DNA of 64,000 bases, taken from an uncultured Pseudomonadota bacterium. Lineage in GTDB: Bacteria; Pseudomonadota; Alphaproteobacteria; Rs-D84. The notes beneath the pieces were generated by a model. That model was not told the DNA's origin, did not search any database, and saw only the letters and a list, made by a program, of their open reading frames with translations. Position 1 is the stretch's first letter. The number at the start of each line of letters is the position of its first letter. Shown here in pieces: positions 28,751 to 38,577 of the stretch. A program made the translations under genes and the position numbers. The stretch lies in the NCBI GenBank assembly GCA_902787305.1, contig CADAFS010000002.1, positions 31,449 through 95,448 of the forward strand, read 5' to 3'.

Positions 28751-28775
28751 TCCCGCAAATGCGGGATTTTTTGTT
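28751..28775 (+). terminator. Rho-independent terminator of S16 operon (atcccgcaaatgcgggat + T6)
   Basis: 7-bp stem, T-run. Confidence 0.75.
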
Positions 28776-28816
28776 GTTAAAAATTACCACCTCTCTATTT
28801 CTGTATCGGTCCATAT

Positions 28817-28865
28817 TGTTAGTTGTAAGTGGTTAGTAAAACCGGCGCAAAAACGCCGGTTTTCA
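28817..28865. repeat. Dispersed repeat copy (ttgttagttgtaagtggttagta) + bidirectional terminator hairpin accggcgcaaaaacgccggt
   Basis: Left boundary of second cargo cassette. Hairpin flanked by A-run/T-run. Confidence 0.65.
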
Positions 28866-29591
28866 TTATGCGTTTTTTGTTTTTCCACAACGTGCATTAT
28901 AACAAAACACAAAACCAGAATCCAAATAACATGGCATTGTTTCACGGGCGTAGCGCAACAGATTAAGAGATGGGCGACAAATTTGTGTCGTTGCAAAAAC
29001 AAACGCATCAAAACCCGACAGCAATTTTGCACTTTTGGCCTTTGAACTTTCGTAATCAAAAAACCATTGATTCATTTGATTAATATCCCAATCGCCTTTG
29101 GCATCTTTTTCATTAACAGTAATGCTGTTCAATGTTGCCCGGTCACCATTTTCCATATGTTTCATAAAGGTTTTGTCATATGGATTCTTTACAAACCCAT
29201 GTTGGCCATTAACCCATTCGTCATTTTTTACCGATTTTACTGTATATAAACAATAATTATCGTCAATGATTGTTGGTTTACCAAAATGCATGTCAAAAAC
29301 GGGTTGTATAGACTCTGGAAAAGGAAGCATGACAGCATTCACAACACGTGCACCACATTGCAGCAACAGGCCATAGTCGCGCATATAGCGAATTCCTGTC
29401 GTTGATGTGCTGGCCGAAACATAGTCGTGCAACATAAAGACATATTTGCCTTCAAAAGCCCTTTGTGATATTGGTGTGCGTTGTAAATTCTGTAAATCAT
29501 ATTTTTGCAAAATTGTTTCTGCCCGATTCAGCATTTTAAGTCCTTTATATTTTTTCTTTTTATTTTTGGATTTCGGTTGATTTTTTACCAA
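28866..29591 (-). CDS. Hypothetical protein (241 aa; probable start MLNRAE at ~29535)
   Basis: ORF only. Lys-rich N-terminal extension probably not translated. Located inside the repeat-bracketed cassette. Confidence 0.4.
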   Translation of the reverse strand: MVKNQPKSKNKKKKYKGLKMLNRAETILQKYDLQNLQRTPISQRAFEGKYVFMLHDYVSASTSTTGIRYMRDYGLLLQCGARVVNAVMLPFPESIQPVFDMHFGKPTIIDDNYCLYTVKSVKNDEWVNGQHGFVKNPYDKTFMKHMENGDRATLNSITVNEKDAKGDWDINQMNQWFFDYESSKAKSAKLLSGFDAFVFATTQICRPSLNLLRYARETMPCYLDSGFVFCYNARCGKTKNA

Positions 29592-29889
29592 AAAAAATTT
29601 GACAAGCGGACAGTGCTTCTTCCGGTTTTTCTTGAATTCGTTTTTCTATCTTGGCGGTCCAAATTGTGCAATCGGGGACCAATGGCAGCAACCCCAGGCA
29701 AATATTTACTTCCTTGACCGAAATCAAACGGTTGGAGTTCGTATCCGCCAATCCGTCCACAAATGATTTAAAATTACGAAAATGTTCGCTGGCCCGTTTG
29801 CACACTTGGCCGTTCACACTGCAAATATATGTTTGGGTGTTCCAATCTTGCAATTCATACAAAGGCTCTAATCCAATTTCTTTTGACAT
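29560..29889 (-). CDS. Hypothetical protein (109 aa), overlapping downstream gene by 32 nt
   Basis: ORF with 4 Cys. Co-oriented with 28866-29591. Confidence 0.35.
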   Translation of the reverse strand: MSKEIGLEPLYELQDWNTQTYICSVNGQVCKRASEHFRNFKSFVDGLADTNSNRLISVKEVNICLGLLPLVPDCTIWTAKIEKRIQEKPEEALSACQIFFGKKSTEIQK

Positions 29890-29953
29890 TTTTGTTTCCT
29901 TTGGTTTTATGGGTATGGTACTATAAAATCACGGGAAGTCAACGATAAATACC

Positions 29954-29976
29954 CCACTAACACTAACCACTTGCAC
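29954..29976. repeat. Dispersed repeat copy, inverted (ccactaacactaaccacttgcac); right boundary of cassette 28817-29976
   Basis: Reverse complement of family core. Followed by small hairpin acgac-ac-gtcgt. Confidence 0.6.
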
Positions 29977-30051
29977 CCGTCACGACACGTCGTACCGCGG
30001 TTACACTTTTTTAATTTGACTTGCCGGCGATATGGCGATAGTATATGGGTG

Positions 30052-30396
30052 ATGAAAAAAATTCTTGTTTCTTTATTGACCATATTTACCGCGTTTGGGG
30101 CGCATGCGTATATTGACCGTGATACCGCGGTTTTACAGGTTATGAACAAGGCCGCCGGCAAGACCCAGACGATTATGGCACCCGTGGGGCGGGAGGTTCG
30201 TTTTGAAAAATTGAACTTTTTGGTGCGTGCGTGCAAACAATCTGACCCTTTTGATGCGGAAAATTTTTATGCGTTTACGGAAATTTCGCGCCCCGACGGT
30301 GGTATGATTTATAGTAATTGGTTGGACCGGAATAATCCCGGTAAAAACCCGGTACAAAATGCCGACTATGATATATGGTTGTTGCGGTGTGAATAG
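30052..30396 (+). CDS. Small secreted protein (DUF2155-like)
   Basis: Signal peptide MKKILVSLLTIFTAFGAHA. Conserved Cys pair. Family assignment from memory, low certainty. Confidence 0.35.
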   Translation: MKKILVSLLTIFTAFGAHAYIDRDTAVLQVMNKAAGKTQTIMAPVGREVRFEKLNFLVRACKQSDPFDAENFYAFTEISRPDGGMIYSNWLDRNNPGKNPVQNADYDIWLLRCE

Positions 30397-30418
30397 TTTT
30401 TAGTTTCGGGGGGATAAT

Positions 30419-30739
30419 ATGAAAAAAATCATTGTTCGTGGAATCGTCTTTTTTGTGGGGCTTGGTGTGTTGTTGATGGCGATATTTGTGTTCTTTACAT
30501 TACCGCGCAAAGACGCCGCGTTGGAAAGTGCATATTTAAAAGATTGGCGCGGTGCGACGGTTGAACGGCGAATTGCCGCGGCACGGGTTTTGACCGCATC
30601 GGAAAATAATCTTGAACTGTTGGTGGCGTGTGTTGATAAAATGGCGACATTGCCGGATTCGGCGGATATGCCGGTGCGCGACGCGATGGAACTTTGTTTT
30701 GTTGGAATACAATTAAAGAACACTGTGTACGAAGAATAA
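30419..30739 (+). CDS. Small membrane-anchored protein
   Basis: N-terminal TM segment IVFFVGLGVLLMAIFVFF. 106 aa. Confidence 0.35.
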   Translation: MKKIIVRGIVFFVGLGVLLMAIFVFFTLPRKDAALESAYLKDWRGATVERRIAAARVLTASENNLELLVACVDKMATLPDSADMPVRDAMELCFVGIQLKNTVYEE

Positions 30740-31431
30740 TGTGGCGGGCGATATTTCTGTTTCTTTTGATTGGTTGTGCGGGCGGCAATGTGGACGCGGA
30801 TTTTGGCGCAAAATATATTGGTGCACACTATACAGCCGACCCATTGGGGGAAATGAAATCGCCGGACACAGACCCGCTTATTCGATTTGATGCGTTTGAT
30901 TGCACAACATTTGTTGAAACGGTTTTGGCCGGTGGCGATGTGCAAAAATTAAATAAAATTAGGTATTCGGACGGCGTGCCGGACCTTGTTCGACGAAACC
31001 ATTTTATTGAAACAGATTGGCTTTCCAACAATTCCGATATTGTTCAAAATGCAAGCGGTCGTTGTGCACCGACCGCCATACATACGGTCACGATTGATAA
31101 AAAGAATTGGTTCCGGGTCATGCACAATATGGACACGGACTTTTCGCCACGTACCGCGCGTTTGGAATATATTCCGTATAAATATGCCGCGGATATTCAG
31201 GTTGAACGGCCAGTTGTGGTTTTGTTTTTGCGCGACAATCCAAAGATTCGTGATAAAATCGGTACCGATTTGGCGGTGCGACATATGGGGTTTTTGTTGC
31301 CGAATGGTGTTCTCCGTCATGCATCGCGGCGCGCGGGCGCGGTTGTTGAAACACCATTTCGTGAATATGTGCAAAGAATGATGGAAAGTGAAAAAAATTT
31401 GGGTATAATGATTTTGGAAATAAAAAAATGA
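30739..31431 (+). CDS. Putative lipoprotein (possible amidase/peptidase-like, DUF1460-like)
   Basis: Lipobox LLIGCAG after ATG 30739. Motif FDAFDCTTFVETVLAG. Family guess only. Confidence 0.35.
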   Translation: MWRAIFLFLLIGCAGGNVDADFGAKYIGAHYTADPLGEMKSPDTDPLIRFDAFDCTTFVETVLAGGDVQKLNKIRYSDGVPDLVRRNHFIETDWLSNNSDIVQNASGRCAPTAIHTVTIDKKNWFRVMHNMDTDFSPRTARLEYIPYKYAADIQVERPVVVLFLRDNPKIRDKIGTDLAVRHMGFLLPNGVLRHASRRAGAVVETPFREYVQRMMESEKNLGIMILEIKK

Positions 31432-32549
31432 TAAACGATACAATTATTAAAATGGATATGGGCGCGGCCATTGGTGATACGTCGGATGGTGCGGCCGTTT
31501 TATGCTTGGGCATTGAATCTTCGTGTGATGAAACCAGTGCGGCAATCGTCGATTCAAACCGAAATATACTTTCACATATAATTTATTCGCAAATCCCGGA
31601 ACACCAAAAATATGGTGGTGTGGTGCCGGAATTGGCGGCGCGTGCGCATATATTGGCCATTGATGAAGTGATTGGTTTGGCGCTTTCGCGGGCGGGAAAA
31701 CGATTGGATGATATCGATGTTATTGCGGCGACCGCGGGGCCGGGTCTGATTGGTGGCGTCTTGGTCGGCTGGATGGCGGCAACCGGCATGGCCCAGGCAA
31801 CCGGCAAACCACTGGTTGCGGTGAATCATTTGGAAGGTCACGCATTGGTGCCCCGCCTTTGCGCCACAACCGCGGATGATAGCAAAGCAAATGTCGATGT
31901 AGAATTTCCGTATTTACTAATGCTTGCGTCTGGGGGACATTGTCAGATTTTATTGGTGCGTGGTGTTGGGCAATATGAATTGATTGGGCAAACTTTGGAT
32001 GATAGCGCGGGCGAAGCGTTTGACAAAGTTGCAAAAATGTTGGGTCTGGGGTATCCCGGCGGCCCGATTGTGGATGCGCATGCAAAACTGGGTAATCCAC
32101 GGGCGTTTGATTTTCCGCGACCACTGACCGACAAACCGGGATGTGATTTTTCATTTAGTGGTATTAAAACCGCGGCGCGCGCAATGTTGGCCAAACATGA
32201 AGTCCCCTATTCTGACGAATTTATAAATGATTTCTGTGCATCGTTTCAGGCGTCTGTCGTTGATTGTATTATAAATCGTTTGAACAACGCGATGAAGACG
32301 GATGTCGTTCGGGCGTGCGCGCCAAGGACACTGGTGGTTGCGGGTGGCGTTGCGAAAAATAGCGCGATACGCGCGGCGATGGAAGAATTGGCGCGTCGCC
32401 ACAATATGATTTTTGCCGCGCCGCCGATGAACCTGTGTACCGATAATGGCGCAATGATTGCGTGGGCGGGAATTGAAAACTATCGTGTGGGCAAAATTGT
32501 TCGTGAACCAATCGCCCCGCGCCCGCGTTGGCCACTTACGGAATTATAG
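31428..32549 (+). CDS. tsaD: tRNA N6-adenosine threonylcarbamoyltransferase TsaD (Kae1/Gcp)
   Basis: LGIESSCDETSAAIV ... NHLEGHAL ... GVAKNSAIR. Start may be internal Met. Confidence 0.85.
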   Translation: MINDTIIKMDMGAAIGDTSDGAAVLCLGIESSCDETSAAIVDSNRNILSHIIYSQIPEHQKYGGVVPELAARAHILAIDEVIGLALSRAGKRLDDIDVIAATAGPGLIGGVLVGWMAATGMAQATGKPLVAVNHLEGHALVPRLCATTADDSKANVDVEFPYLLMLASGGHCQILLVRGVGQYELIGQTLDDSAGEAFDKVAKMLGLGYPGGPIVDAHAKLGNPRAFDFPRPLTDKPGCDFSFSGIKTAARAMLAKHEVPYSDEFINDFCASFQASVVDCIINRLNNAMKTDVVRACAPRTLVVAGGVAKNSAIRAAMEELARRHNMIFAAPPMNLCTDNGAMIAWAGIENYRVGKIVREPIAPRPRWPLTEL

Positions 32550-32558
32550 GGGGGCAAA

Positions 32559-33794
32559 ATGCAAAAACCGGAACCTTTTGTTAAACCCGATACGATTTTT
32601 TCCGTGACTGATGCGTCGGCGTTGCTTAAAAATGTTGTTGAAACGGCGTTCCCGGTTATAAAGATTCGTGGGGAACTGTCGCAAATTACGCGTGCAACAT
32701 CGGGACACATGTATATGACGATAAAGGATTCCGGTGCCGCGATGTCCGTAATTATTTGGCGCGGAACACCCGTGAATTTCGCGTTATCCGATGGACTAGA
32801 GGTTATAATTACCGGGCGGCTTACCACATATCCGGCGCGTAGTAATTATCAGATTGTGGCTTCCAGTATCGAAATGGCGGGTGTTGGTGCAATCCTTAAA
32901 ATGTTGGAAGAACGGAAACAGAAATTGGCGGCCGAGGGGTTATTTGACATATCACGTAAAAAGCCATTGCCAAAATTACCAACGACAATCGGCGTGGTCA
33001 CCAGTCCGACCGGTGCCGCGTTCCAAGATATTCAAAATAGACTTCGCGAACGATTTCCGGTGCATGTAATTTTATACCCTGCAACCGTCCAAGGTGCCAC
33101 CGCCGCGGCTGAGGTTGCCGCCGGTGTTGAATATTTTAACCGCGCAAAAAATGTCGATGTTATAATTGTTGCGCGTGGCGGTGGGGCATTGGAAGATTTG
33201 TTGCCGTTTTCCGAAGAAATTGTTGTGCGTGCGGTTGCAAACAGTAAAATTCCGGTTATAACGGGCGTTGGACATGAACCGGATTGGATGCTTGTTGATT
33301 TTGCGGCGGACCACCGCGCGCCCACCCCAACCGGTGCGGCCGAAGCCGTTGTTCCAACAAAAACATCATTGATTCAGGATCTTGAAAACATGTTCCATCG
33401 GTTGTCGGTTGGTTTTGCCACGAAATTTCAGAACCTTAGACAGAAAATCGAAAATATAAATATAAAAAGTCCGCGGCAAATGGTTATGGAACGTACACAA
33501 AGACTCGACGATATTACGCGGACACTGGGCGTTATAATAAATGCGAAAATGACAGACGCAAAACATAAAATGGAAATTGTTGCGCGCGCACCCGATATAA
33601 TGAATAACAAAATGCTAAATTTAAGACGCGGTTTGGAACACAATGGACAAATGCTAAACTCATTGGGGTATAAAAATGTCTTGGCGCGCGGATATGCAAT
33701 CGCGCGGGCGACAGATGGCGCGATTATATCAAGCGCAGCAGCGCCATCCAAAATCGCATCGGTTGAATTTGCAGATGGGGTTGTGACTATTTAA
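32559..33794 (+). CDS. xseA: Exodeoxyribonuclease VII large subunit
   Basis: OB-fold N-terminus VTDASALLKNVVETAFPVIKIRGELSQITRATSGHMYMTIKD. 411 aa. Confidence 0.85.
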   Translation: MQKPEPFVKPDTIFSVTDASALLKNVVETAFPVIKIRGELSQITRATSGHMYMTIKDSGAAMSVIIWRGTPVNFALSDGLEVIITGRLTTYPARSNYQIVASSIEMAGVGAILKMLEERKQKLAAEGLFDISRKKPLPKLPTTIGVVTSPTGAAFQDIQNRLRERFPVHVILYPATVQGATAAAEVAAGVEYFNRAKNVDVIIVARGGGALEDLLPFSEEIVVRAVANSKIPVITGVGHEPDWMLVDFAADHRAPTPTGAAEAVVPTKTSLIQDLENMFHRLSVGFATKFQNLRQKIENINIKSPRQMVMERTQRLDDITRTLGVIINAKMTDAKHKMEIVARAPDIMNNKMLNLRRGLEHNGQMLNSLGYKNVLARGYAIARATDGAIISSAAAPSKIASVEFADGVVTI

Positions 33795-35436
33795 TTAATG
33801 TTTTTGCGGTGGCGATTGATTCAGGGGTTATTTTCGCGCCACTGATTATTCGTGCAATTTCGTTTAATCTTTCATCGCCCGTAATTTCACGGACAGTTGT
33901 CGTGGTTGTTTCGCCGTTTGTTGTTTTTTCAATCTTGAAATGCCGGTCGGCAAAGCCCGCAACCTGGGCTGAATGGGTTATAACAAGCGCTTGTGAATTT
34001 TGGGCAAGACGGTTCAGGCGATTGCCGACGGCACTTGCGGTAGCACCACTGATGCCGGTATCAACCTCGTCAAAAACAAATGTGTGCGAAGAATCGTTGT
34101 CCGCCAAAACCACCCGCATGGCAAGCATTAGACGCGCAAGTTCGCCACCCGATGCCGCGCGGTGTAATGGTGCAAACGGCATTCCGGGATTGGTCTTTAT
34201 CATAAACAAAACATCGTCCCCGCCCGTCGCTGATGGTTCGCGTGGTGTGATTTCAACATTAAAATCCGCGTTTCCAAGTTTCAAATCGGGCAATTCCGAT
34301 AACAGACGCGTGCGTAATTCGGTCGCCGCGTATCTGCGTTTTTCGGTAAGTTCATGCGCCGCCAATTGGTATGCGTCGTGTGTGCGCGCAACAATTGACT
34401 TTAACCTTTTTAATTCGTCATCTGAATTAGTTATCGTATTTAACTGTGATTCCATTTCAATCAATTTTTGTGGCAAATCATCGGCCGCAACATGATGCTT
34501 GCGTGCCGCCGCGCGAATTGCAAAAAGTCGTTCTTCGATTGAATCGACCGTATCGGTATCAATTTCGTTTGGTGCAATTTGCGCGGATACGCGCGCAACA
34601 ATTTCCGCCGCGTTATATAACGCATCTATTTGTTCCGAATACGGATTTGTTTCGCCCCGCACACGTTCCAAGATATGCGCCACCGTAAAAATCTGTGCAT
34701 CCAATGTGTCGCCGCCGCGCCCCATTGCCGCAACCGCGTCCGCCAGAATCGCCGCGTTCTTTTCGGCATTTATCATATCGGCGCGTTTTGTAGCAAGTTC
34801 GCTTTCTTCACCAATGCGCACATTTAATGCCCGCAATTCCGCGATGTTATGTTCAAGATATTCTTGTTCCGTCGCATTTTTATCGAGGAAATTTTGGACT
34901 TCTTGTAATTTTTTTGTTGCCGCGTGGTATTCATTATATGTTTGGCGGGTCCGCATTAAAATTGTTGCAAATCCATCAATGTTTTTTATCGCAAAATTAT
35001 CAAGTGCCATGCGGTGTGTTGTCGGATCAAGCAGCGTATGATTTGCAAATTGTCCATGAATTTCAACCAACAAATCCCCAACGGATTTAAGAACACGCAC
35101 CGACACGGGCGTGTCATTTATCCACGCGCGACTTTTGCCGTCCGCGCCAAGTGTTCGGCGCAAAATAATTGTATCGTCATGTTCGATTTCCATTTCGTCC
35201 AAGATTGTTGCCGCGGCCGCGGGGCATGAATCAAATTCCGCCGTGACCGATGCCATGTCCGCGCCGTGTCGCACAAGCCCAACATCCGATCGCGCCCCAA
35301 GCGCAAGCGATAACGCATCAAGCAATATACTTTTCCCGGCGCCCGTTTCGCCGGTCAATATATTCAACCCCGAACCAAATTCAAGATTTAGTTTGTCAAT
35401 AAGAACAATGTTAGAAATCGTTAAATGCGTCAACAT
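33787..35436 (-). CDS. recN: DNA repair protein RecN
   Basis: MLTHLTISNIVLIDKLNLEFGSGLNILTGETGAGKSI (Walker A), SMC-like coiled coil, C-terminal signature/Walker B. Start taken at MLTHL. Confidence 0.9.
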   Translation of the reverse strand: MLTHLTISNIVLIDKLNLEFGSGLNILTGETGAGKSILLDALSLALGARSDVGLVRHGADMASVTAEFDSCPAAAATILDEMEIEHDDTIILRRTLGADGKSRAWINDTPVSVRVLKSVGDLLVEIHGQFANHTLLDPTTHRMALDNFAIKNIDGFATILMRTRQTYNEYHAATKKLQEVQNFLDKNATEQEYLEHNIAELRALNVRIGEESELATKRADMINAEKNAAILADAVAAMGRGGDTLDAQIFTVAHILERVRGETNPYSEQIDALYNAAEIVARVSAQIAPNEIDTDTVDSIEERLFAIRAAARKHHVAADDLPQKLIEMESQLNTITNSDDELKRLKSIVARTHDAYQLAAHELTEKRRYAATELRTRLLSELPDLKLGNADFNVEITPREPSATGGDDVLFMIKTNPGMPFAPLHRAASGGELARLMLAMRVVLADNDSSHTFVFDEVDTGISGATASAVGNRLNRLAQNSQALVITHSAQVAGFADRHFKIEKTTNGETTTTTVREITGDERLNEIARIISGAKITPESIATAKTLIK

Positions 35437-35456
35437 ATCAATGTAATAATACCCCT

Positions 35457-35906
35457 TTATATTACATTTTCCAGTGTAAAATCGTTTAACCAAAGTATTT
35501 TACATTTGATATTAAACATCGGAAAAATTTCCTTTAACAATTTATAGTATTCCGTTAATTGCACACGATATTTTTCATAATACCGTTTTTTATCAATATC
35601 TGTTTTATAATCTAAAACAATAACGGTTTTTGCGTTTTCGTTTACATATAACCTGTCTATGCGGCGACTTAGGAACGTGCCGTCAACATATCCGGCCAAT
35701 GGCACTTCGGCACGCGAAAGTGGTCCCATAATTTCACATAATTCCATATTGCTTTTTATTTTTGAAATTATATCCGCTGGGCCAACAAAATCACCATCAC
35801 AAAATTTAATCTTTGCCATTTGTGCATGCATGTCCGTCCCCGCATGCGTTGCGAATTCTTTTGATTCTAGGTCATGTATAATTTTGTGTAATTTAGTTTG
35901 CTTCAT
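35457..35906 (-). pseudogene. addA: C-terminal PD-(D/E)xK nuclease-domain fragment of addA, in a different frame from the helicase ORF
   Basis: 149-aa ORF with IDRLYVNENAKTVIVLDYKTD (D...D-x-K nuclease motif). Overlaps 3' end of the 865-aa UvrD-like ORF by 14 nt in another frame. Confidence 0.5.
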
Positions 35907-38490
35907 TTGAAATCCTTATTATGCCATCCGTCACCCCAACCTTGTCCGACAAAGTTTTCCATAACATATTATGCCACGAAAGTTCGGGTGCATTTGTGTT
36001 TGATGAAAACCCGTATATATAAAGTTCATCACGCGCACGCGTCATCGCAACATAGAGTAATCGAAAGTTTTCTTCGGTCATCGTGCGGGTGGTACGTGAT
36101 TTGATTTCTTCAAATTCGGGGCTGTATTCTTTTGGCGCATGCGCCGTCCAAACCCAAACCGGCAAATCGTCCGCATCACCCCTTAAATCATATAATGACA
36201 CCGGGCGCGGCATTGATACAGTATCAATTAAAAACACAACACGTGATTGCAAACCCTTGCTGCCATGCACGGTCACAATTCGAACACCGTTGTTTGTATC
36301 CATATCGCGTTTTATCTCACTTGCCCCCGTTATAAACCATTTAATAAAGTGCCGTAATGTTCCCGGACGTGTTCTTTCATAAGACAAACAAATTGTCATA
36401 AATTCTTCCAATGGGTCAAGTATATGTTCGCCCAACGCCGCAACCATTTCTTCGCGCATATTATAATGATTCAAAACATAACTAAAAAACGTATATGGGC
36501 CGGACACTGCATAAACCCGAATAAAATCCGAAAGAATTTCAAATGTACCTTGGTGCAAATCTGCAAGCAAATCAAAAACAGGCGTGTCTTTATTTCGGTT
36601 TGCACACAATTTATAAATATCATCTTCAGAAAATCTAAACATTGGACTTTTTAGAACACAACACAAACTATAATCATCTTTTGTATCCATACAAAACCGC
36701 AACAGATTCATTAAATCTTTGATAACTGGGAATTCGGGCAAAACAATCCTATCGCTGCCCGCGACCGGTATTCCGCGTTGTTTAAGTGCAAAAGTCATCG
36801 GCGCGGCCAGCGGTGCACGTTGACGCACCAAAATCATAAAGTCGTTTGGTTTATATTTTCCGCCTGCCACAAGTGTGGCGATTTTGTCGGCAATATCGGC
36901 AACATAATTTTTACGAACACGGTCAGACGAAAGTTCGGAATTTCGCGCAGAAATTATTTCGTGTATTTCAACCGTGCCATGCACACCAACACGAAAGCAT
37001 TTGTGCGGATTGTTTGTAAACCCTGTTTCGCGCGCAACATTTTCGTCACTGAAAAACATATCAACCGTTTGCAAAATGGGTTCCGTGGAACGAAAACTTT
37101 GCGTAAGCGGAACATCCATAATTTCACGAACGCTATTTTTTATATATTTTGATATTTCTTGTTTGCTTTTTATAAACGCGTTTGCATCGGCACCTTGAAA
37201 ACCATAGATAGATTGTTTTGTGTCACCAACCACAAACAACGAATGCGGCATATCGGACGTATCGCCTTCGGCGAAAAAGTCCCCAACCAACATTTGCAAA
37301 ATTTCCCACTGGGCGGGGCCGGTATCTTGGGCTTCGTCAACCAAAATGTGCGACAACGATAAATCAAGGACCGACAAAATCCAACCCATTGTTTCGGGAT
37401 TTGAAAACAAACGATGTGTGTATAAAATCAAATCTTCAAAATCAAGGACATTTTGTGCGCGTTTTAATTCCATATATTTTTTTGCAAACGCCGCCGACAA
37501 ATCAAACAGCGCAATCGAATCATAATATATTTTTTCGTTGATGCGTCGAACATTTAATTCAAAAACCCGCCGGCCCTCTTCGGACAAAAACGGATAATTT
37601 AGACCGGTTTTTATTGGTGTGCCTTCATTGGTTAGGTATGCATGTTTATATTGCTCAAAATCTATTGTCTGATTAATATATTGTTCGGTCAAAGTTATCA
37701 GGTTTCTAAGTTTGGTTCCTATTTTCTTTTCGGCCCTGGCATTGGTCAAAATTTCTTGCAGTTTTTCATCTGGGACATCGGGGGTATCGCCAAGTTTTAT
37801 ATTGAATAAATTTAGATTTTTTTTAATCGTATCAATGAAATAATTCCTATATTTAACAAAATCTGTTATCATAAAAAAGTTTTTACATTGTTGTTCAAGA
37901 TGTTTTAATAAATCATCAATTTTATGTTCCGATATTGTTCCAACCAGGTAATCAAAAGCATCTTTGACATTTGCATCGTTGTACGAAGAATTTATAAGTT
38001 TATCGAGTGCATCATGCAACAACACCCTTTGCGGCGCATCCGATATAAGTGACCACGATGGGGCAAGCCCCGCCTCGGTCGGGAAACGGTGCAGGATTTC
38101 TTCGCAGAAACCATGAATCGTTTTTATTTTAAGCAAATCCGGGTTATCAATATACTTAAAAAACACCGCCCGCGCATGTGCCAAATCATCATCGGTTGGT
38201 GTTTTATTTTTTGAAACCCCAACCAATAATTCACGCAATTCGTCGTCATTCGCCATTGCCCAATTTCGCAATGCACCAAGTATGCGCCCACGCATTTCGC
38301 CCGCCGCCGCATTGGTATAGGTAAGACACAGAATACCGAAATTTGGCGCATTATCGCGAAACAAAATACGCAATAAACGTTCAATCAAAACACTTGTTTT
38401 CCCGGTGCCGGCGTTCGCCTGGACCCAAACATTACGTGTTGGTTCTGCGGCGAATTCTTGTTCGGGTGAAAGCGGGTCTTTTTTTATCAT
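35893..38490 (-). CDS. addA: ATP-dependent helicase/nuclease AddA (UvrD/REP helicase part), apparently truncated/frameshifted before nuclease domain
   Basis: N-terminus VWVQANAGTGKTSVLIERLLRIL...ILCLTYTNAAAGEMRGRI...IKTIHGFCEEILHRFPTEAGL matches alphaproteobacterial AddA. UvrD motifs present. Confidence 0.7.
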   Translation of the reverse strand: MIKKDPLSPEQEFAAEPTRNVWVQANAGTGKTSVLIERLLRILFRDNAPNFGILCLTYTNAAAGEMRGRILGALRNWAMANDDELRELLVGVSKNKTPTDDDLAHARAVFFKYIDNPDLLKIKTIHGFCEEILHRFPTEAGLAPSWSLISDAPQRVLLHDALDKLINSSYNDANVKDAFDYLVGTISEHKIDDLLKHLEQQCKNFFMITDFVKYRNYFIDTIKKNLNLFNIKLGDTPDVPDEKLQEILTNARAEKKIGTKLRNLITLTEQYINQTIDFEQYKHAYLTNEGTPIKTGLNYPFLSEEGRRVFELNVRRINEKIYYDSIALFDLSAAFAKKYMELKRAQNVLDFEDLILYTHRLFSNPETMGWILSVLDLSLSHILVDEAQDTGPAQWEILQMLVGDFFAEGDTSDMPHSLFVVGDTKQSIYGFQGADANAFIKSKQEISKYIKNSVREIMDVPLTQSFRSTEPILQTVDMFFSDENVARETGFTNNPHKCFRVGVHGTVEIHEIISARNSELSSDRVRKNYVADIADKIATLVAGGKYKPNDFMILVRQRAPLAAPMTFALKQRGIPVAGSDRIVLPEFPVIKDLMNLLRFCMDTKDDYSLCCVLKSPMFRFSEDDIYKLCANRNKDTPVFDLLADLHQGTFEILSDFIRVYAVSGPYTFFSYVLNHYNMREEMVAALGEHILDPLEEFMTICLSYERTRPGTLRHFIKWFITGASEIKRDMDTNNGVRIVTVHGSKGLQSRVVFLIDTVSMPRPVSLYDLRGDADDLPVWVWTAHAPKEYSPEFEEIKSRTTRTMTEENFRLLYVAMTRARDELYIYGFSSNTNAPELSWHNMLWKTLSDKVGVTDGIIRISNEAN

Positions 38491-38577
38491 TTATATCCTT
38501 GCTTTATTGTTTAAATTTTATTATAAATAAGACCGAACTGCAAGGAATAATAAAATTTCACATTATTGGGGGGAAAA

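Noticed and set aside
30694-30738. Track start of lipoprotein ORF at 30694 overlapping the preceding gene
   Set aside because: ATG 30739 gives a proper lipobox signal peptide (MWRAIFLFLLIGC). The upstream part overlaps the 30419-30739 ORF.
35437-35493. Upstream extension of recN to 35493 (MVKRFYTGKCNIKGYYYID)
   Set aside because: RecN proteins start at the MLTHLxIxN motif. The extension is AT-rich leader.
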